Of a DNA stretch of 64,000 nucleotides, positions 25,384 through 35,327 are shown one piece after another; position 1 is the first letter of the stretch; each line of letters begins with the position of its first letter. Under the pieces are notes generated by a model. That model was not told the origin of the DNA and did not search any database. It saw nothing but the letters and a program-made list of their open reading frames with translations. Source of the stretch: Amoebophrya sp. A120 (Eukaryota; Protista; Dinoflagellata). The stretch lies in NCBI GenBank assembly GCA_905178155.1, contig CAJINV010000005.1, forward strand, positions 5,458,690-5,522,689, given 5' to 3'. The position numbers and the translations under genes were made by a program.

Positions 25384-25666
25384 TATCCTGAGTAAAAACG
25401 TCCCCACACCAGAGTTGTCATGCAGATTTGCAATGACAGGAGCATTTGTAATGCGCATCGCCAGGAGAGGCATTTTTAGTCGTGTTTTGGAATTTGTAAT
25501 TCTGTAAACAGGATGAGCAGATGGGTTTCTGATGCAGCTGGCGTTGCGAAGAACCTGCACTACGCTACGGACTGCAACTTGTGATGCGTGACCCCCAAAA
25601 GTTCTAGGCTTGTGTTGCAAAATCCCCTTTCTCGACTCTGGTGCGGGGATGTTTTTACTCAGGATA
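25384..25666. mobile_element. Introner family D
   Basis: TIR TATCCTGAGTAAAAAC.TCCCC.CACCAGAGT; DR GGCGT. Confidence 0.92.
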
Positions 25667-26411
25667 GGCGTCGGCGCTTTTTCAGTTGGGCGTAGCTTTC
25701 GGTCGGATTTCCCGTAGGCGGGGTCCGTCTCTTTCTTGGCGGATATACTTAGCGTGGCAGCGGGGTCGTGGTCTACAGGCCGATTCCCGCCGGATATCAG
25801 GGCGCCGCGGTCGTGTTGTTTCGTAAGGGTACGAGCACACCGCGCAGGTCCCGATGATGCGCTCGAGTTTGATGGCCGCGGGTTTGGGGTTTGAAGTGGA
25901 GGCTTTCCGCCCGTATGTCAAGGTCAGAGGGCGAGTGCTACTCCTACTCTGGGAGCCGTTGTAACAGGTGGGTAGTATGGTCGAAACGGTATTCCTTCTG
26001 GTAGATGGGTATAAGAGTCCTTCCGGTGGAATAATTTACACCGCTTTGGCTTTTCTAGGCATCAGAACTGAAAAATAATAAAATAACGCGTCGCCCTTGG
26101 TGTCCTTCTCCTTGTTCATTCTGGGCAGCTCGGATGAGCTGGTGGAATCGGTCGTGTCTTCGCTTCTTGGTGAAGCGAAGCAGGAGCACCGTCGACGTAC
26201 TTATTAGTGAGGCTTTTACGTACAACACCACCTGGCACTGCTTCTAGCTTCTTAGGCAAGCAAAAACTGCCATGCTCGCTGAAACTGATGGCGGTGGCCC
26301 TTCGACGACGTCTCCAAGAATAGCGAGCAACTTTATTCTGCGACATGAGTTTCCTAGAAGGCTGCAACAACAAAAAAATCATCGCGCAAGAACTCGTCGC
26401 GCACGAGTTAG

Positions 26412-27320
26412 ATGCACAAAATTTTCTATGAAAATGAATATGAAACTTTCAATCACCAAACTCCAGCGGTGGCTCGGTCACCAGTGCTGCAGGCCCTTTA
26501 TGACCAAGCAAAGGCGTTTGCTGCAGGGGCGTACGATGAGGCGCTGGAGGAGATGGTGAAGATGTTTCGTACTGCACAAGGGGTTTATTTGCCTAACCTG
26601 CTCAATTTTCTCCGCGAGCCGGACACCAGGGAAGTCTTTGGAATTTTTCAAATGCTGAACTGGATGAACGGGGTCCATGTGCGGTCGGACGCGCCGACGT
26701 GGAAGATGGCATGGGCTTTTGACATGACGCAACACAGCAAGTTGCAAGGGGCTTTCGTGTTTATGGGTCAGGAAATTCTGAAGGCTCTGAACAATGACCC
26801 CTCCGCGGGGCTGTACCTCTCCCGCGCACTTTTTGCGAGTAGTGGCACCGGAGCGGACAACGGGAACTTCAAAAACACGATCCTCGACGGGGACGGCTTC
26901 CTCGGAGCAGAAGAGTACACCCAAAACGACCGGCAGAGCGATGGATTGACGGAGGGAACAAAAAACCTGATCGCGATCGCGCAAGGAGACACGCCCCGAA
27001 CATCAACAACAGCGCTAACACTCCGACAGCCGTACCCGCGGGTCTTTGGGTTGTTTCGTTCAGTGCACGAGGGGGCAAGCATGTTGTTCGGCGATGACGT
27101 GGCGAAAGGCAATGCCTTTAAAGATGCCGATTTCGAACGCACTTGGAATTTTTTTGTGCGTGATTTTGATACGAAATTTCGCACCAAAATGGGTGAAGGT
27201 CGGAAGCCGAACGAGATTGAACGTCTCGAGGTCCTCTGCGAGGGGGACCTTACCAAGTTCCTTTACAATGCAGGGCGAAGAAGTGCAACAATGGCGCATC
27301 GTGGCGGTATTTGCAGCTAA
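26412..27320 (+). CDS. Intronless 302-aa hypothetical protein
   Basis: ATG-to-TAA ORF with balanced, globular-type composition; no family recognised. Confidence 0.6.
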   Translation: MHKIFYENEYETFNHQTPAVARSPVLQALYDQAKAFAAGAYDEALEEMVKMFRTAQGVYLPNLLNFLREPDTREVFGIFQMLNWMNGVHVRSDAPTWKMAWAFDMTQHSKLQGAFVFMGQEILKALNNDPSAGLYLSRALFASSGTGADNGNFKNTILDGDGFLGAEEYTQNDRQSDGLTEGTKNLIAIAQGDTPRTSTTALTLRQPYPRVFGLFRSVHEGASMLFGDDVAKGNAFKDADFERTWNFFVRDFDTKFRTKMGEGRKPNEIERLEVLCEGDLTKFLYNAGRRSATMAHRGGICS

Positions 27321-27886
27321 TGCTTCCTGGCGTATAATTCCTTACGGTTCATCTACCAATGCGCTTTTGTGTTGCGGACTTCCAAGTATTGGCGCCTTTA
27401 GTATCAAAAAAACGGAGCACAAATAAATAAAAAGTGCTCAACTCGTCCCAGAAAGGCGAACTCCTTGTCGTGCAAAGAAGATGATGATCCCCCCAATCAA
27501 TGCTACGACGGAAATCTCGTGTTGCATCGCATCAAGCGACGAGTGCTTTTTTACTGAGTTTGCTTCAAACTCTAGTGCGCTCTGCAGCTCTACTACGTGG
27601 GCGATCACCCGTGCAGTGCCACTGCGCAGCGCAGATCGAAGCAAACTTGTGTTGCTGCTACATAAAACCACATTTCTCACCGTCAGAAGGCTTGGGGACT
27701 AAGGCTTTCTGGGGGTCATATCAATAGTTGAAGGGCAAGGGATCATTGTGGGGAGGCGGCATGTGTCTTAAGTTGTTCAGATTGGATCGCTTGCCTCTTC
27801 TCTCGGACAGGAACTGCAGCAGGAAGGGGCTGCTTGTTCCCCCGCGCGAGCACCACGACGGTGAAGGTTTGCCAGGCTTCAACCAC

Positions 27887-28061
27887 TATGCACTGCAAAA
27901 GTAGCGTGCTCGTAGTCATACTAAAAATTGCAGTTACGCATCACAAATTTCTTTTCCAAGCTAAATCTAATCAGCATGACAAATTCCATTTGTCACGCTG
28001 AGCTAATTTGTATTGCTATTGCAATACTACGAGAAGTGCGGAGATACTTTCGCAGTGCATA
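27887..28061. mobile_element. Introner family C
   Basis: TIR TATGCACTGCAAAAGTA / TACTTTCGCAGTGCATA; DR ACCAC. Confidence 0.9.
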
Positions 28062-28362
28062 ACCACGACGGTGAAGATTTGTCCCTCGCGCGTGTTGTCG
28101 CACACGCGCTGCGTGACAGGGCGAGGCGGTGGAACGGGCCGTTGCATGTCGACACGCGCTGCGTGACACGGCGAGGCGGTCGCTGGCCGGGGATGGGGGC
28201 GACGTTCCGTCGCATATACTTTGGATTCCAGATTGATATATAAAGCAATCTACTATAATCCCGAGGGGTAGGTTGTTTTTATGTGTGGAGAGATTTAGAA
28301 TCATGGCTACAGTGCAAGATCCTGAATTTCGTCGCACATAAAAGCGACGTATGCCCCGGCAC

Positions 28363-28590
28363 CATAGGTTGATCTTTTGCAAATCTAGAATCCAGGGTAT
28401 GCGATCCAACGTCGGGCGATCAGAGGTCGATTTTATTTATGGCCGCGAAATTTTCGCGACAACCGACTCAACCTTTTGCAAGCAGAGGTTGATTTTATCG
28501 TCGCGAAATTTCCGGAGCCATCGAACCGACCTCCTGGAACAAGCAGAGGTCGATTTATTTTATGGCCGGGAAGTTTTATTTTCTGCAGCC
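28363..28590. repeat. Degenerate ~61-bp tandem array with palindromic cores
   Basis: CAGAGGTYGATTT at 28421, 28483 and 28544; CGCGAAATTTTCGCG palindrome at ~28444. Confidence 0.7.
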
Positions 28591-28951
28591 ATTGATGGCT
28601 GGAGGTGGACGGAGAAGACGCGGCCGAAAATGAGCCTGTAGCTTTGCCCATTTTATTAGGTCAGGGCCTATGCCAGATAAAGGTGGGAGGGGCAATGGAC
28701 GGCGTGCGGATTTCCGCAAGGAAAGCAGGACTGCCGCTTATTTCTGTAAAGAGAGTACTTGTAGTTCCGTCGCGCGAGCACCACGACGGTGAAGGTTTGC
28801 CAGGCTTGAACCTGATCGCGTGATAGATATGGATGACATACATGTCGAAGAGATACTAGAAACTGGCGAAGCAATCAAGATCGTGTTGAAGTTTTTGATG
28901 TTGTACAAGCCCACTTCTACATCTACTGCCGTTGTACCTGTAAAACTCGCA

Positions 28952-29592
28952 CTACTTCTTCTACTACATTCTCCAGTTGCACGAGTATTAAGTACGCTCA
29001 TGATGTGCGACCATGAGGTACTTATTTATTAGCAAGACGAGGCTAAGAACGCGAGACGAAGTAGTTCTTGTAGGCTACAAATGATGCGAGACGAGGACTT
29101 TGCGGAGAAGCAGAAGTCGAATCAATACCGCAAACGCAAATAGTACGTGATAAGACATCAAAAAGAAAAACTCATATTTATCAGGCCCACCCGCAGCAGC
29201 AACAGCTGCAGCAGGACCTGTCTCTGCAACAGGAGCTGAACAGTCCGGAATCACCGCGCAGCAGCCGCAACAAGATTATATGCACAAAAAAATCCCCCAA
29301 GCCAACAGCAAGATCGTAACGGATCTTGCAAGTACTGCTTCTTCAGCATCAAACCTGGTGGCATCTTCAATTGTGCTTCATTAGTAAAAAGCGCCACACA
29401 TTATCCATGCGAAACGAAATGAGTCGCCTTCGAAGTGCCGCTTGCTAGCGGCGTAGTGCTTCGTATCGCGGCCGTGCTTCCTTTTTCTGACTAAGGCGGG
29501 CTCAGCAACCAAGAGAGCTTTTTTTTTCGTAGATGTGATCCGTGATTGCTTTCGCTGGCTGAGGATGAGGGCTTTTGTGTGCATAGCGTTTG
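28952..29592 (+). repeat. Segmental duplication, copy 1 (copy 2 ~30157-30967)
   Basis: Colinear blocks from CTACTTCTTCTACTACATTCTCCAG to TTTGTGTGCATAGCGTTT, with indels. Confidence 0.88.
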
Positions 29593-29603
29593 TTCGCTCG
29601 CTG

Positions 29604-30012
29604 ATGGAGAAGCGTGAAGCTCTGATGGGCCTGGTGGATGGACCAGCTGTACGTGGATCATTCGATTTATCAAAGGAGGAAAAGGCGAAGCTTGAGGAGC
29701 AAGTCAAGCAGATCGATGCGAATATGCATTGCAAAAGTACCGTACTCGCAGAAATGCATTACAAATTTCCTCACCATGAGAAATAAAATTTGTAGTGCGA
29801 GTTTACCTTAAGAAAAAGATTTGCAATGCATGATTTTTGCAATTACTACGAATGCGATACTTTTGCACAGGATAGCGAAGCTGTATGAGCAATTGGGCGA
29901 TGGTTGGTACGAAAAGCTCAAAGCATTCCGGCGCGCGTCATCTTTTCGTCCGCCAGGAGCTGGAGCAGGTACCAGTCGCTTTGTCTGTGTTTCCAAATGC
30001 CGAGCTAGCTAG
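29604..30012 (+). CDS. Small two-exon hypothetical protein
   Basis: MEKREALMG...VKQIDAK|LYEQLGDGWYEKLKAFRR...SKCRAS*; frame restored by removing 29723-29874 plus one DR. Confidence 0.5.
29723..29874. mobile_element. Introner family C
   Basis: TIR TATGCATTGCAAAAGTA / TACTTTTGCACAGGATA; DR GCGAA. Confidence 0.92.
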
Positions 30013-30156
30013 AACAATTAGCAACTTCGGCGGTAAGCATTATTTACGTATCTCTACTAATAATTGTCAATCTTTGCGGCGTGTGCCGGGTAGGGAGGGT
30101 TTATGATTATGCTCTTGTTGTATCAGTCTACTCACGCGACAGATTCTGCGAAAACG

Positions 30157-30967
30157 CTACTTCTTCTACTACATTCTCCAGCTGCGCGAGTATTAAGTAC
30201 GCTCATGATGTGCGACCATGAGGTACTTATTAGCAAGACGAGGCTAAGAACGCGAGACGAAGCAGTTCTTGTAGGCTAAAGATTATGCGAGACGAGGACT
30301 TTGCGAAGAAGCAGAAGTGGAATCAATACCGCAAACGCAAATAGAACGTGATAAGACAAAAAAAAAACTCATCTTTATTTATCAGGCACATCGACATCCC
30401 CAGTAACAACAGCTGCCAGTCGTGCTGCAGCAACAGCTGCCGCTTCTCTTGCAGCAACAGCTGACGCTCGTCTTGCAGCAGGAACTGCTCGAGCTACACC
30501 TACACTCCCCGGGCCGACCACCGCGCAACTACCGCAATGGCGAGATATGCACACAAAAATCCCGCCCCAAGCCAACATCAAGGTCGTGGCGGATCTTGTA
30601 AGTAGAAGGTCAGCTTCTACTTCTTCAGCATCAAACCTGGTGGCATCTTCAATTGTGCTTAATTAGTAAAAACAAAAAGCGCCAAACGCGATCCATGCGA
30701 AACGAAATGAGTCGCCTTCGAAGTGCTGCTTGTTACTAGAGGTGTAGAGCTTCGTATCGCGGCCGTGCTTCGTTTTTCTGACTAAGGCGCGCTCAGCAAC
30801 CAACAAGAGGTTTTTTTTTTTTTCGTATATGTGACGATCCGTTGTACATAAACTTCTATTTTGGTTTCGCATATGTACATAAATTTCTATTTTGATTTTA
30901 CATGTCAATATATGTGATCCGTGATTGCTTTCGCTGGCTCAGGAGGGCCTTTGTGTGCATAGCGTTT
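30157..30967 (+). repeat. Segmental duplication, copy 2
   Basis: Colinear with 28952-29592. Confidence 0.88.
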
Positions 30968-32165
30968 CCTCAACAACATGCCCGCGCCGAAGCCGAAGCC
31001 AGAGCCAGAGCCGGTAAGTTTTGATTATAAGCTATTGTAGCTAATATTATATATAAGTTTGAGTATCTCTCTCTCGAAATTAAGCTAAAGACGCTCCTTC
31101 AGCAGTGGAGTTCCGTGACGGCGGAGAAGTAAAATGTATACGAAGGAAGCTGTTCTTTTAGCTCTTGACGACGAGGATCAGATGTTGGCGCGCCCCTCCC
31201 TTGTTGTGCAAGTGCGCCTCGTCCTCGGCACATACAGATACAAATCTCGAAGTGCTGTGCCCCCCCGACAAGAAAACCGCGGGTCAATCACGTGGCTGTT
31301 GCCGGGCATAAAGAAAAGTTTAGATTTTTCTTTTCGGCATGGCTTGCGCCGCCAGTGCTAACTTACAACGAACAGCAGCGGGACCTCCCCGTCCAAGGGA
31401 GGCGTGAAATTTAAATTGCTGCACTTATTGCCTTCTTGCCCAAGATGAAAGCTCCTGCCCTTCTGCGATGGTAAAGAAAAGGACGACCGCGGCCTTTGCG
31501 ACACAATGTGGGCTCAGCGGTCACAATTTCGCACTAGATGACCCGAGCGGCAGCTCAGGACAGGCATTTTTAGATTCTATTTTTGTAAAGTCCACTCGCC
31601 CCCCCTTCGCCCCCCCTCGGGTTCTGTGCCTGTAGTGCGCGGCGCTGCCTAGGCAGTGCGTTTCGTCAGTGTGATGCTTTTTTAAGTGGAAGCTCGCCTA
31701 GGAAAAGTGCGGGCCCCGTTGTATGTGGGGTCCGTGTAGTTACTTATGTCAGGCTTTGCTTACGTATTTTTCAAAAAAGTGAGCCGCAGGAGCATCGCGC
31801 CGGGCAGGAAGGTTGGAAATGCGGAAGCCTGCTGCCCACCATACTGAAGCGAGCGCTTTTTTTAATTGAGCCTTCGGCGCCACCTGTCGCGCGACGGGCA
31901 TCGCTGTACACGAGACAAGATTTCTGGCAGAAGATTCCCGCAGGCCCGGACTTCTCTGTTTTGTCCATTCAGAGGGGTCGAAAGAATGAGTAAAAGCATA
32001 TACGGCCCTCCCATCGCCCCAGAAATGTCGGCCCCCTTTTCGTTCGCTCCAAGGTGTCGCTGTCCCCGGTCTAGTTGTTTGTGCCCCGTTCGCTTTAGGC
32101 TCGGTGCCTTCTGGGACCGCTAGCGCGGCAAAAGATAACTTCTGAACAAGCTATGCTCCCCCCCA

Positions 32166-32792
32166 GTGCGGTGCATAGCATTACGCATGGGCTGGACGCC
32201 AGCACCCGTTTACACTTGCTCCCATCGACTGAAATCCGCAGGGTATCGGGCTGCAGTGGAAAAGGCGGGGCTGGCATTTGAGAGGAGTGTGATCCGCAAC
32301 CGTTTGATGAGTGGGGACATGTGCGGGTTCGTGGGCATGTCTAATATTGCCTTCAGGAGGAAAGCCTGCGACGTCGCGGTAAGGCAACTCGACAAAGAGA
32401 TACGAGAAGCCAACGAAGCTGCCCAGAGCCCTGAAACTGCCATCAGCAAAGCCAATATCGTCGCGTGGAGCGCAATGGGCCTGGATGTTGATGGGCCGGT
32501 GGTAAAATTTATGCCTGGGACAAAAATTCTAGACGGGACCATTCTTGGCGGGGAATCTCTTGCAGTTACGATCCCTGAGACGCGGGCGCCGCAGAGTCTC
32601 AAGCAGTGCAGCGAGCATTATTTTGGAACGGGACGAGCTGCGGAGCTCGTCGGATACCGTACTTATACTTATAGCGTAGCTAGCTACGACGCCGGCCTTC
32701 GAGCATTGATTTTTGGCGACACTGGTCGCCAACTACAACTACTTACACTCAGCAACGTAGATGGTACGGCAAACAGTTACTCGCCCGCCTGA
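32166..32792 (+). CDS. Intronless ~200-aa hypothetical protein
   Basis: Protein-like composition (RKACDVAVRQLDKEIREANE...); no family recognised. Confidence 0.5.
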   Translation: MRCIALRMGWTPAPVYTCSHRLKSAGYRAAVEKAGLAFERSVIRNRLMSGDMCGFVGMSNIAFRRKACDVAVRQLDKEIREANEAAQSPETAISKANIVAWSAMGLDVDGPVVKFMPGTKILDGTILGGESLAVTIPETRAPQSLKQCSEHYFGTGRAAELVGYRTYTYSVASYDAGLRALIFGDTGRQLQLLTLSNVDGTANSYSPA

Positions 32793-33838
32793 AGAGGCGA
32801 GCACGCAATTGATTTTTGATCCGCGCTGCACAGTTACTTGCCCGCCCGAACAAGTCGGGGGCGCCCGACTGATTTTTGAGCCGCTCTGGGGGGCTTTCCC
32901 TGTGCAGGGGTGGCTGCGTATTTTAGTGCGCCGCGCGCACCTGGCCCTCTTCACGCGCAAGCGCGCTCTTACATGTGGGCCGCCCCCCTTCCGGTCTTTG
33001 TGGGCGCTTGGGGCGCGTGGACCTTCCTCGTGGCCGTTTGGTCCGCGGGGCCGCCTCTTCATTCACAGGCGCGCGCCCGATCTGGGCGGGGGAGGGTGGG
33101 CGCCAACGGAGACGGGAAAAGCAAGTAAGTCTGTCGCCTTTTTGCTGTGTCTGTTCTGGTCGCAGGCCCCATTCTTGGTTCTTGGCCAGCCTCGGTGGGG
33201 GGCAGGCATCGCTATGAATGACACATATGCCGATCACTGCCCGGCGCGCATTGCCGGGCGGCAGCGACGAGTAAGCTTTCTTGCCCGCGCCGACCGCTCG
33301 TTCGTATGTTTTTTCGCTCTGAGGGACTGAGAGATCGCGTATGGGCGAGGCCTTTGAAGGAGGGCCCCCTCGGCGGAACGGTGTCCGGGCCGGCCGGGCT
33401 CCTCGGCGCGGCAGCTTGTTGGCCTGGTGGCTCTTACCCCCTCGCGACTCGAAGAGCCCCACTAGCGGTCGCGCCGCGAGCGGCCGGCACACAGGCAGTG
33501 TGTGGCCTTGGGGGGGGGCGCGTTAGTTTGGGCGCCGTTTTGTGTCGTTGGCCGGCGCGGGGAACTTGGCCTGTTTAGCTGAGTAGGTCGGAGTTTGACG
33601 CATGCAGGCGGCGGCCGCCGTGCGTGGGCCCCTACTTGATTTTGGCTGCGGACCTCTGCTCGCACACCAGAGCGAAGGGGGCCTGGCGTTTCCGCTTTGA
33701 TATGATTGCTTCCAAGCCATGGAAGCCGGCCCCCGCCCGCCTTCGCGCGTGGCTTTTCGTGTTTGTGGTCCTTCGCCCGTCGCAAGGTAGCCCAGGCCGT
33801 TTGCATTTTGTTAGCCCGGCCCCGTGGGCCCTTGATAA

Positions 33839-34798
33839 GTGCCCCCCTCGGCCCGTGATAAGTGCCGCACATATGTCATCCCACCCACTGCAAATAAAAC
33901 AGGCGAAATTGTGCTGTTGCGGCAGAAGTACCTGCACCGGCTCCGCACCGAGCCCCCCCCCAACGCACCCCACTCGGACGTTGAACAATTCGGAGAGCAT
34001 ATCAAATGGGCGCAGGACGCCCAGGAGTTGCGGACAAACTGGAAGAGGGCGGGCCTCAGAGGCCTGATAAGTCGTGGCGACGGAACCTACCAATGGATGT
34101 TGGACCCTCGCGAACAAGCGGCCAGCTCCGCCGCAGCAGTTGCGCCGCAGCCTCCAATGGCCGCGCAACAACAGCCGCAGCAACCTCTACAGCCGCAGCA
34201 ACAACACCCGCAGCAACAACAGCCGCAGCAACCTCTACAGCCGCAGCAACGACACCCGCAGCAACAACAGCCGCAGCAACCTCTACAGCCGCAGCAACGA
34301 CACCCGCAGCAACAACAGCCGCCGCAACCTCTACAGCCGCAGCAACGACACCAGCCGCAGCAAAATGGACTTGCTCCTCCGCCTGGACTTGTTCGCCCGC
34401 GTCTCCTGCCGCTTGCGGCTCTCACGCCTGCGCCACAGCCACAGCCGCAGCTACAGCTGCCGCAACCTCCGCAAGGACCGCAAGCCCCTTTCCAGTTCCC
34501 GCTACCGCAGGGTAATCCCGCTTTCCAAAGAGGCAACAATGCGTGGCCTCAAGGGCTGCCGCTGGACTTCACTCAACAACAACAACAACAGCCGCCTGCC
34601 GGTGCTGGCCAGAGTGTCTGGCGGCACGAGGCTCTTTCGGCGAGCAGCTTCCTGGTGGAGGAAGAGACTTCGAATTATCCAACAGAACAAAGGCGCACCC
34701 ACATCAGAAAAAGAAAAGCGAGTTTGCGTTTTTGCATTCGTATGAAGACGGAAAACGTTGTGACGCAGAGCGCACTTTGGCGTGACGCGTTTTGGTGA
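33839..34798 (+). CDS. Gln/Pro-rich hypothetical protein (start uncertain)
   Basis: 319-aa ORF containing an in-frame 48-bp repeat. Confidence 0.5.
   Translation: MPPSARDKCRTYVIPPTANKTGEIVLLRQKYLHRLRTEPPPNAPHSDVEQFGEHIKWAQDAQELRTNWKRAGLRGLISRGDGTYQWMLDPREQAASSAAAVAPQPPMAAQQQPQQPLQPQQQHPQQQQPQQPLQPQQRHPQQQQPQQPLQPQQRHPQQQQPPQPLQPQQRHQPQQNGLAPPPGLVRPRLLPLAALTPAPQPQPQLQLPQPPQGPQAPFQFPLPQGNPAFQRGNNAWPQGLPLDFTQQQQQQPPAGAGQSVWRHEALSASSFLVEEETSNYPTEQRRTHIRKRKASLRFCIRMKTENVVTQSALWRDAFW
34171..34362 (+). repeat. 48-bp coding tandem repeat (~4 units of QPQQPLQPQQ[QR]HPQQQ)
   Basis: CAGCCGCAGCAACCTCTACAGCCGCAGCAAC[AG]ACACCCGCAGCAACAA repeated. Confidence 0.88.
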
Positions 34799-35327
34799 AT
34801 GTGAGGGGCATCTCCAGGCACCCTCGACAAAGCGCGCCACCCTGGTGAATAGTCAAAAAGAACAGCAGCGCATTTTTGTTTTTTTTTTTTGCTGGTAAAA
34901 ATATGGTTATGGGCGCCCTTTTACTTTTCTGCAGAATAAGGAGCCGGGCGAACAAGGGGGCGCCGCGCAGCTGCAGGACGGGCGGGGAAAAACGGTATTA
35001 GGGTGCACACCCCCCCCTCTTCTTTCATGCAAAATGCCTATTATTAATTTAAAATTAAAATTTACGCCACCTTGCCTGTGCGCTGGGTGCGGGTGTCCAC
35101 TACATGGCGATACACGATGATGACCTTGCCCTTTGGCACTGTGGCGCTGGGTGTAGGTGTCAACTACATGATGATGACGGTGATGATGGCACTGTTTGCG
35201 TGACATGTTCTGGCAGTCCAATTAACACGACACTCCTGTCCAGATTTGTCATTGCAAAACCTGTAGTCTTTTTCTTGACCACCATCCCGAGCCCGACGTT
35301 TGTGTTGTTGCTCATGCACTACAACAA

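Noticed and set aside
29018-30233. GT-AG micro-introns of 15 nt (29018-29032) and 11 nt (30223-30233)
   Set aside because: Implausibly short and better explained as a 4-bp slippage indel between the duplicated copies.
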